A stretch of 49,206 nt of DNA, filler included, from Jimgerdemannia flammicorona (lineage: Eukaryota), in the NCBI GenBank assembly GCA_003990765.1. It is 2 parts of 2 records of this genome, joined end to end, with 100 filler letters (N's around TTAATTAATTAA, not from the genome) between each part and the next. Parts side by side here need not be neighbours in the genome. Positions count along the whole stretch, not along the records: positions 24,656 to 49,206 come from RBNJ01000959.1; 1 more part is not named here. The stretch is one strand, 5' to 3'. The notes under the pieces were generated by a model. The model had not been told where the DNA came from, ran no database searches, and saw nothing but the letters and a program-made list of their open reading frames with translations. Position 1 is the stretch's first letter, and each line of letters begins with the position of its first letter. Positions 40,668 through 49,206 of this stretch are shown here, piece by piece. The position numbers and the translations under genes were made by a program.

Positions 40668-42511
40668 TTAAATTTCCACCAGATTCGCCGCCACCTTCTC
40701 AGCCCTACTGCAAATAATAGCCTTCCATTTCTTGCAGATAGCCCTCCAGATACGAGCTCCATTTACACCACTACAAAAGACCACTACTCGCTCTGATGCC
40801 ACCTTTCTGATTTCAGCCATACGGTCCTCATCAACCTCATATCCTTCATCATCCAGAAGCACCACCACCATCGCTGTCACCAACTTCGGCCCCTGCAATG
40901 CCACATTGAGAAACCCTTCCCAGGCCTCCTGTGATCTATTAAATACATCCACTTCCTTAATATCCTCCTCCGCAAGTTCCTCGAGCACTACCTGGTACCA
41001 GTCATCTGCCGTCATCACCTGGGCCCTGGGGTGGCAGGTCTCAGAGTCCTACTCAGCTCCTGCAGCATCTCTCTATCCGCCGACACATCGGAAGCCACAT
41101 CCACCAGATCATCCTCCTCAGTGCCCTTCTCCAGCTGAACCACTTCGCCTGCCTCTGGGCATTCCCAATGCACATTTGCTGCTCCTGCCATGTGAACATC
41201 CTCCAACTGAGTCTCCGGTACTACCTCGACTACCTCCTCAAAGCCCTCAGTGTTTGCCTCCTCCCTATTAGCCCACTTCCCTGTTACTGGTGCATGAGTG
41301 GAATTCTCCACACCCCCTAGTTGCGAAAAGGACACCTCAGCTGTCTCCACCTCTTCCATCTGACTTTTGGCCATCTCTGCTTTTTCCTCCTCCTCCTTTT
41401 TCAAGCCCTGGAGGACTGTCTGCAGGCGCTCCCAGTTTGCCCTTTGCCACCTCTTCCTCTTCCCATCAGTCGGAATCCAGACCTAGTCCTTGGCAAACTC
41501 CTCCCATTTCCTCTTCCGCAATTCCTTCGCAGCCTCTCTCTCCTCCAGGGCGATGAGCAATTCCTCCTCCTCCTGTTCAGAACCCTTCCTTCTCCACACT
41601 TTGCACTCCTGCCCTCCGATATGAACTACTTCTGGCCAGTCCCTCCCTTGCCCCATGGCCTCCTTGCCTTCCAGCCTCACCATCACCTTGCAGTTGCCAT
41701 TCCTCAACTTGGTCCCCTCCCAGAATATGAACCCAAAGTCAACCATCTTGCCAAATGCCCCCAGTGCCTCTGCCACCATTCCTTTGGTCTCCTGTCTCCC
41801 CAATGTCGGCAGCCCTTCAATTACTAGACGCACTACCCGTGGGTCCCACCTCAGACACCTTGCCATGCTGACCTTGATGCTCTTGACAACCAGCCCTTTC
41901 TCCAAGGCCTTCACCATCTCCTCCTCCTCGACGAATCCTATCTCAACCGCCTCAGCTGATGGGATGAACTTCAGCAACTCTGCCCCTGCAATCTCCTCTC
42001 CCACTAGCTGCAACACCTCTCTAGCAGACATCCCCAGCCTCAAAAAATTTGCCGATATGGCCCACATTGACACCGACTTGTGGAAGAAGGGATGCACCAC
42101 CAGTTCACCAGAGCCAGCTGCCATTGTCACCTTCTTCTTGTTCTCCAACACTCCAGCAGTCACCCCAGCTGCCGGCCCAGCCCCAGGAATACCAGTCCCA
42201 GCTACACCACTTCCGGACCCCTGGCCCCGAGCAGGCACCTGACCAGTTACCTGACCCGTCACCTGGCCGGTCACCTGACTCCTACCCCTGTCAACACTAC
42301 ACCCCCCCTGCCCTACCCCCATGGGCCTAGTGGCTGCCCTCCTACCCCCCATCACCGTGTGCCAACTCTCAACACCAGCCTGCCTCCCCTGACCACCTAC
42401 TCCTCCAGCCCCTGCACCTGCTCCAACTGTCACCACGAAACTCTTGGGGAGACCCAGACCAGGCCTCCTTCTCTCCAAATACTCAGAGCTTGATGAACCC
42501 TGGGTCGCCAT
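40668..42511 (-). pseudogene. L1 ORF1 region (RRM-like core, acidic/coiled tail), split into three ORFs (41483-42511, 41015-41404, 40668-41018)
   Basis: Lies 5' of ORF2. RLVIEGLP..EALGAFGKMVDF..GTKLRNGNCKVMV resembles the Tx1/L1 ORF1 RRM region. Confidence 0.7.
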
Positions 42512-44742
42512 CTGATGAAAACTCCACCAAAATAGATGAGACTTGTTGTATGTTATAGCTAGACTCCTGCCGCACCTTGTACACCAGAATAGACGACGGG
42601 AAAACTTGAAAACATATTGCTTGTCACGAAAAGATGTCCATGTGGCTTAGCTTGCTCTGAATGGTTTGAGTAAAAGGAGTCGCACTTATGTTCCTTTCTC
42701 TACATCATATACATCACATACAACATTACTCTCTTTCTTAATTGATCACCCATCTTCATTATATAGCTTTGGCTTTCTATTTACCTTAAGATATATTACT
42801 CCAAAGACTGTTTGACTATATTAAAATACATCAATTCATTAGTATAACTATTTGAATTTATACCTCAGTGACATGCCAATAATGTCCTTCAGATATAATG
42901 ACCAGCTCATTGTCTTACAAAATGGTCTAGGTCTTATTTATAAACTTTGACTAAGGTGTAGGTCAAAATAGATATATGAACATCCTCACTCTACATTATA
43001 ATCATTATACAATTAGTAGGTTCAGAACTACTTTCACTATACTATAGATGATCCAAACTGGAGAAGGGGGAGAATAAGTAATATGGAGTTGATACAATTA
43101 TAAGTAAATAGCAGTGACCTACTTTTAGAAAATTGAAACTTAGTCAATAATTTCCAAACATCTACTGCATGTTACTGATTGTTAATAGTTATGGAGATAA
43201 GATATATAGTTGTAGTTTGAGAGAAATATATCATAGTAAGTGAGCTTCAAATTAACTTTCATTATTGCAACTGGATTCCCAAAACTTGACTTCTTATTGA
43301 TATATTTGGTAAAGATGTAGAGTCCTATAAAACATACCTACAAGCTATCATAATGGTGATGCAAACCAATGAACTATATACAAACACTTATTCTTAGAAA
43401 GCACTATGATCCAGAGCATGGTGTCTGAGCTGGAGGTGATAACAATAGAATGAGCTATAGAGTCAACATATATGTCCTAGTTGATAAATCTAACTTCCTT
43501 GGGTAGGGGGGTAGGTCTTTGAAAAAGAGGTTAAGAGATGGTAATAAAGGTCACAAAGGACAAGTTATAGATAAGAATGAAGAACAAAAGGATAAGTAAG
43601 TAATAAAACTTCATTATTTTTACACTTAATCATAATTACATAAACTTTATTAATTGACTTAGTTACTCTTACTTATTATATATCTCATATTACTGACTAA
43701 AAATTATCTAATAGCAATGGCCAACTGCTGGACGAAATTTACCACTGTGGGCTGATATTTATTACTAGTAAGTGATAGATATCTTGCAGAGTGATAATTA
43801 AGCTCACTGAGAATTAAAACTTAAGAAGATAGTGCTAGGCAATCCAATTAGTTGCTGGACAATACTTTGCTGCTAGTTATACTGAGCAATATTCATGGTC
43901 ACTAGTTGTGATAAATAGTCTCCTGTGGTGATTAGTTGCTGGTGGATGATTATCAAAGAAATTATTGGTCAATAGGTAAAGAATATAACTGTATGACAGT
44001 AAGTGACAAATCTTAAATGGTATGATAAATGCTTACTAAAAGATGGTCATTGAGAAATAACTTATAATTGAGAATAGTAATGAGCTATATTATGATAATA
44101 GCAGCAGAATGGTGGTTTGTTGAACAGTGAGACATAAGAACTAACCTATTTTCAGAGAATAGATAATCACATAATATCATCAATATAGTTGAGTCTTGAC
44201 TAAAAGTTATTTTATAAAGTAGACTTACTATTTGAAAAAAAAATAAAAAAAAATAAAATTATATATTTTTTATTTATATTAAAAAAATTATTGAAACCCA
44301 TTTGCAAATATATTTAAAACTGCCTCTTATCATTGACAAATGTCTGCTCTCAATTTATTTTATTCTTATCACACTAGACTAATTGAGAAATATGAATGAA
44401 GAGATTGTATTATATTGAAAAAAATTGCAAGTTAAAATAAATTCAAATTAATTCAAGCAATATGCAATGAATTTCTATTTTACACAAACAATTTCCGAAC
44501 AATACATATATATATTGTGATCCACCGAAACCATTTAAACCAAAAAAGAAAAACTACCTTAACATATCTCATCCATATATTATTTTTCTTCTTCAGTATC
44601 ATTACATAATCGGTATTCACCCTGTCTCTCCAGCATAGCAAAAAATATAATATTGACAATTGCTCCTGATATAGCCTCAAGAAGACTCACCGATTAGTGA
44701 AAAGCAAGAAATTCGGTGATGACGTCCCATGTCCCAGTGTCA

Positions 44743-44885
44743 AGGTAATTAGATGCTAGGGGATGATTATCCGGAGAGAGATAATTAAGGGTAGCACTGC
44801 GATGACTAGCTTTTGGGTGAATGTGTGAAGCTTGTAGTAGCTTGTCAACTTATCACAGTGGACGATGCAATTAAAACTGGGCAGC
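44743..44885 (+). repeat. ~143-bp dispersed direct repeat, copy 1
   Basis: AGGTAATTAGATGCTAGGGGATGATTATCCG...TTAAAACTGGGCAGC, repeated at 47629-47771. Confidence 0.9.
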
Positions 44886-47628
44886 AAAAGAGTAACACTA
44901 AGTAGTGTTTCTAAAAATGCTGCCGCCAGGTTAATAGCCAATTACAGGATTATCAATTCATTCTCATTCAACATACCGTCTTCGTTTAACATCTTCCCAA
45001 TATGTCCCAGTCAACTTCCTTGTTCCAACTCATAACTGCTGCAAGGCCTCAGCGATTAACTACGCATTGCATGTCTTTTTCCGCTAACCCCTATGGCGCG
45101 AACTGAAGCATATCCTCAAAAATTATCAAAGGCACCAACGGTTCTTGACATAACGCTACGGCAACGGGGTACCCATTTCGCAATCGGCACCAACGGTGTC
45201 CATTTCAGGGTCTCCACAGGGCGGTAAAATTATAACGATGAGCCTTGAAAGCGATAAACGGTTGGGTTGAAGGTGAGAGGTCGTCGTCAGGAGCATTCTT
45301 AATGTGCAAGAAGTCGCGGGCTTTGTCCACACACGCACATGTATCGTCTGAGAACCAACATCAACCCGACGGCGACATATTGTGTAAGGAGGAATATTAT
45401 TAGGAGTGTCGTTATTGTTGAACACGATGTCGTCAACAGGCTGATTGGCACCTCGAAAATCAGCGGGCGAAGCGGGGACTGTATGCGTCCGGTGTCTAAA
45501 GGCACAGAGTGATTTCGACGCTGGCAATGGATAAGAGGGATGCCTTGAGAGCGGAGAACGTGGCGATGTAACCCATCTGGGTCGGCAGCAGGTAGATAGG
45601 CGGGAAGGCGATCACGGCACTTTGGAAGGTTGCTTGCAGGCGCGTGCAGTTTTGAGTGCGGCACGAAGCCGAAAATGTATTTTAGAAGTAGCAGGGCCGG
45701 TTAGGAGGCAAGTGAGCTAGGGGGCCGTGCGAGCGTAAAGATTGTAATCAGGCAGGCCAATAACACGAACTCCTGAAACTGCGTGTCGTATTATATTCCA
45801 GTCTTGTCATCGAATTTATGCCGACCATCGATACATCCGTTTGACGTTACCGAATCGTGCTGCTCTTAGCACTTGGCGTGTGGCCTGTCGATAGACAGTA
45901 CAATTCCGCGCAACTTTGCCGCCCAATCAACTTTTCACACACCACAATTAGATTGCTGAGCACGACGACGGTGACGGTAACTTTCGTTTAGAGCACATTG
46001 AAAAATTCAGCCTTTCAGTATCCACAATCTCCGGAACGAGAAAGCATAGCTGGTACTCAATCCGGCTCGCGACAAACGAAGCTATCTCCACTAGCTCTTT
46101 AAATGTAAAGCTGCAGACGCCCCTTGTATCGTCTCTTCATCCACCCGACGTTAATCACAAAAGCTGAGATATGACGATGATGCGACAAAATGCGGACGCT
46201 TGTACGCCCTATGGGCAAAAATCCAAAAGGAATCCGCGCAATCACCAAAGCGATCGACCTCCCAAGATAAAAGAAAAAAAAGATCCGAACACCGTATGTG
46301 ATAGCGGGTACATCGAGCGTGGGGCCGCCGCCGAGCTCATAGGGACGTTTTGGTAAATACGAGTCCTCCTCTTACGTAACGTTAACGCCGAAATTGCATG
46401 CAGCCAGAGGCTTTATGAACAATCACCTCCTCACGACCGACGACAAAGTGAGCAGAGGAAATGTGCGAGAAAGAATGACATGAAGCTGCGCCGAACGTTG
46501 GATTGCGGTCGGAGGTCGGATGGGAATCGGTCGTGTAGTAGAGGGTGAGGATCAAACATGTTGTTTTGGGTCTGAAGGAGCAGTGCGTATCCGCTCTATT
46601 TCGGGAATGTCAAAAAAACAACAAATTGGTATCAGTAAGAAACAGTTTGCAAAATCGTAACAACACGCCTTCCCTATTGTCAACGCCTGTTCTTTCCCAC
46701 TACATTACAATAACATTTCTTACCATAAATGTTATGCATACAGAGTCCCGAGGTTACGCACTTTGTCAAGTTCCGCGTGCCCCAGGTCACGCAGGCGATT
46801 GCACGAAATATCTAATTGCTTGAGGGCCTATGAATTGGGAGCGGTGTTCGATAGAAATAGTTCGCGCAGATGGATGAAGCTGATCGACAACTGGATCGTG
46901 AGATTCCTAACGACGTCGAGAGATATAATCATGAAGTCTTTCCGATACGGGAAATCGGGAAGGTAGATAGGTTGCGTTCACGTTCCTGAAGTTGTTGAAC
47001 TCTTTGTCTTTGGTTGCTTTTGGATCTGAAGAGGCAGCTCATGAGGTCTTTGTTTCGGTTGTGGGTCAGGGGCATAAAAATAAAATAAGATGGAAAATAT
47101 ATAATTAGAATTAATAAAGTTGTAACGTGCCTGAGTGAGGAACGAGCTGCTTAATTGCAATTCACAATGCTCAAACATCATACTCGAAACAAGAAATTCC
47201 AGCAACTTCCTGTTTCGCCACACCACACCGCGCTTCCGAATATCAAACCCCGTCTTTTCCAACTCGATCCCAATCGCATTTCCCGCCATATATATCACCA
47301 ACTGACCCACCTTCCTTTACCTAATGACTTGTCGTTGGCCGACAATTTACCGCTGGATGACGAATACCGCTGGACAATTTGCATCTTAGCGACAATTTGC
47401 CACTGAGGAGGGGTGACGACATGCGAAAAAACACGCATTACAGTTGGAAGACGAGGGCTCGATGGGAATGGCGAAGAGCGACGAGTAACCGCTGGTCAAA
47501 GACTTACTACTGGGAACTAATTTACTGCCGAGTGACGATTTGTAGTTGGACTACACTTTGCCGCTGGCCGACAAGAAAGCTTGGGGGGCAACGATCGTCC
47601 TCGTTGGCGGTAGCAAAAATTCTCCGAG

Positions 47629-47771
47629 AGGTAATTAGATGCTAGGGGATGATTATCCGCAGAGAGATAATTAAGTGTGGCGCTGCGACGACTAGCTTTT
47701 GGGTGAATGAGTGAAGCTTGTAGCAGCTCGAAAACTTACGACGATGGACGGTGTAATTAAAACTGGGCAGC
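47629..47771 (+). repeat. ~143-bp dispersed direct repeat, copy 2
   Basis: Matches 44743-44885 but retains more CpG. Confidence 0.9.
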
Positions 47772-49206
47772 GAGGGACCTCAGGGGAGAGGCGAATGACT
47801 GCCGGAGGAAGGTTAGTCGTTGTGGGATGGCAAGTAGTTGAAGAACGATGAGCGGCTGGCGAAGATGGATAGCAGAATAGTGGAGTGTAGGGCGGTGGGA
47901 CACAAGACGCTGAAGTGTATTCAAAGCCACCGCCACGTGATTTCATTCGCCGCATTTGTTGAAAGGTGTGTCGATTAAGATGCAGCCGAGCCACGATGAA
48001 TATCTCCAAGAATACGACCCAAAACCATTTCATGAAGTAGACTCTTTGTCATAGAGATATATATGCTCTATTCATATTAATAATCATGCCCATTATCCAG
48101 CCTCTCTAGATTTTTTTCGGATTTCTCACAGCCCATCTGGGACACCACACAAGAACTTTCATATTAATTCGTTTAAGTATAATGAAATTTGTCATGCCAG
48201 GGTACAAAGCCCCCCTGCTATTAGTTTATTTAATAACCAAATCACGTGGGTATTTCGTTTTTTATTTCATATAAATTTATGGACACCTGTGTTTGTCTTC
48301 CATATACACGAAATTGAAGACTTGACAGCTGGTCTTCGACAGCACCAAATATTTTGAAAATAAATATCAAAAGGACTTACAATAAAAGCCAATCATTAAA
48401 ACCCTTGCACGTCTCCTCAAAGTTATTTGCTATTTGATTAGATGCCCACGCAAATTGTGGGAATGACCTATTAAAAAAATTGGCCATTTGTATCAATACT
48501 GGAAATTTGCTATCATCATACACTATCAACCAGTTCGCTCAGCTCATTGTATTAATTCAGTATAACTACTTGTCACTCCACCTCCTTCATTCTTTAAAAT
48601 ATTCAGCATTTCATATTTTGTTTTCTTTCCTTCATAGTATCTTTTCATCTTGAGTCTTTGGTGTATTTTCTAAACCTGATTCCTCAAGTACGACAGAGTA
48701 AACGTGCAGGGTATGTTTTTGCACATGTTACTGTGCATAGACGGATCAGATAATCTTTGCTTGCTCTCAGGGATGTCGTCAAGACTTGAGGGCTATTGAG
48801 CTCCAGCACAACTGTGCCGTGTGTTTGACGCGGCATTATTTTCTTAATTGGCTCCACAATCGAGTACACTTGCAAAAAATGGTTCGTCCTTCTCACAAAC
48901 TGAAACAATAGTCGCACAGTGCACATGCTAATGTCTTGGCGCCAACGTAATTGCCCAAGTAAAACAGTGAAATGGTGGCAGAGACAGTCGCAAGACCATT
49001 GAAATCGAAAATAAGTTCATTTTCTTTCCTTTCACTTAAATTATTGACATTAGTATACAACACAACCGATCTACTTCACCTTTGATCGAGCATCAGTATC
49101 GTAAACGCGGAATTACGACTTTGGAGATGTGTAATATAATTTGGGCCGGAAATTCTTATCCAATCATGGTTGAGGCATTTCGAAGTCACGCAGGGACTCG
49201 TCTGGT

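Larger units (their letters stand above)
36851..42681 (-). mobile_element. Full-length L1-clade (L1/Tx1-like) LINE, inactivated
   Basis: 50-nt poly(A) tail and perfect TSD GCACTTATGTTCC (36838-36850, 42682-42694). ORF1 and APE-RT ORF2 are both present. Confidence 0.95.

Noticed and set aside
37103..42493. Many plus-strand Pro/Ser-rich ORFs
   Set aside because: Antisense shadows of the G-rich L1 coding strand.

Overview
Eukaryotic DNA, almost certainly fungal. The intron-rich GC-rich genes between AT-rich decayed repeats suggest an early-diverging, Mucoromycota-like genome (inference only). An artificial N/TTAATTAATTAA/N contig linker lies at 24556-24655, so the two sides may not be adjacent. 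A CpG-rich gene island (about 11.7-24.5 kb) holds a COA2-like small ORF, a KRE2/MNT1 GT15 mannosyltransferase, a UMP-CMP kinase (URA6-like) with a mitochondrial-type leader, OLA1/YchF with a 7-nt micro-exon, and the 3' exon of a restriction-endonuclease-like gene. The rest is nested transposons that are nearly CpG-free and heavily C>T mutated. They include a dUTPase-carrying chromoviral Ty3/gypsy, a full-length 6.8-kb Ty3/gypsy with a solo LTR, a full-length L1-clade LINE with older relatives, and hAT MITEs. There are also two copies of a roughly 1.2-kb non-autonomous poly(A) retroposon whose termini resemble the L1's. One copy carries a U6 snRNA retrocopy with its own target-site duplication. 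The main leads are the L1/non-autonomous element/U6 retrocopy system, a shared accessory ORF after integrase in two gypsy elements, the dUTPase capture, and RIP-like mutation.
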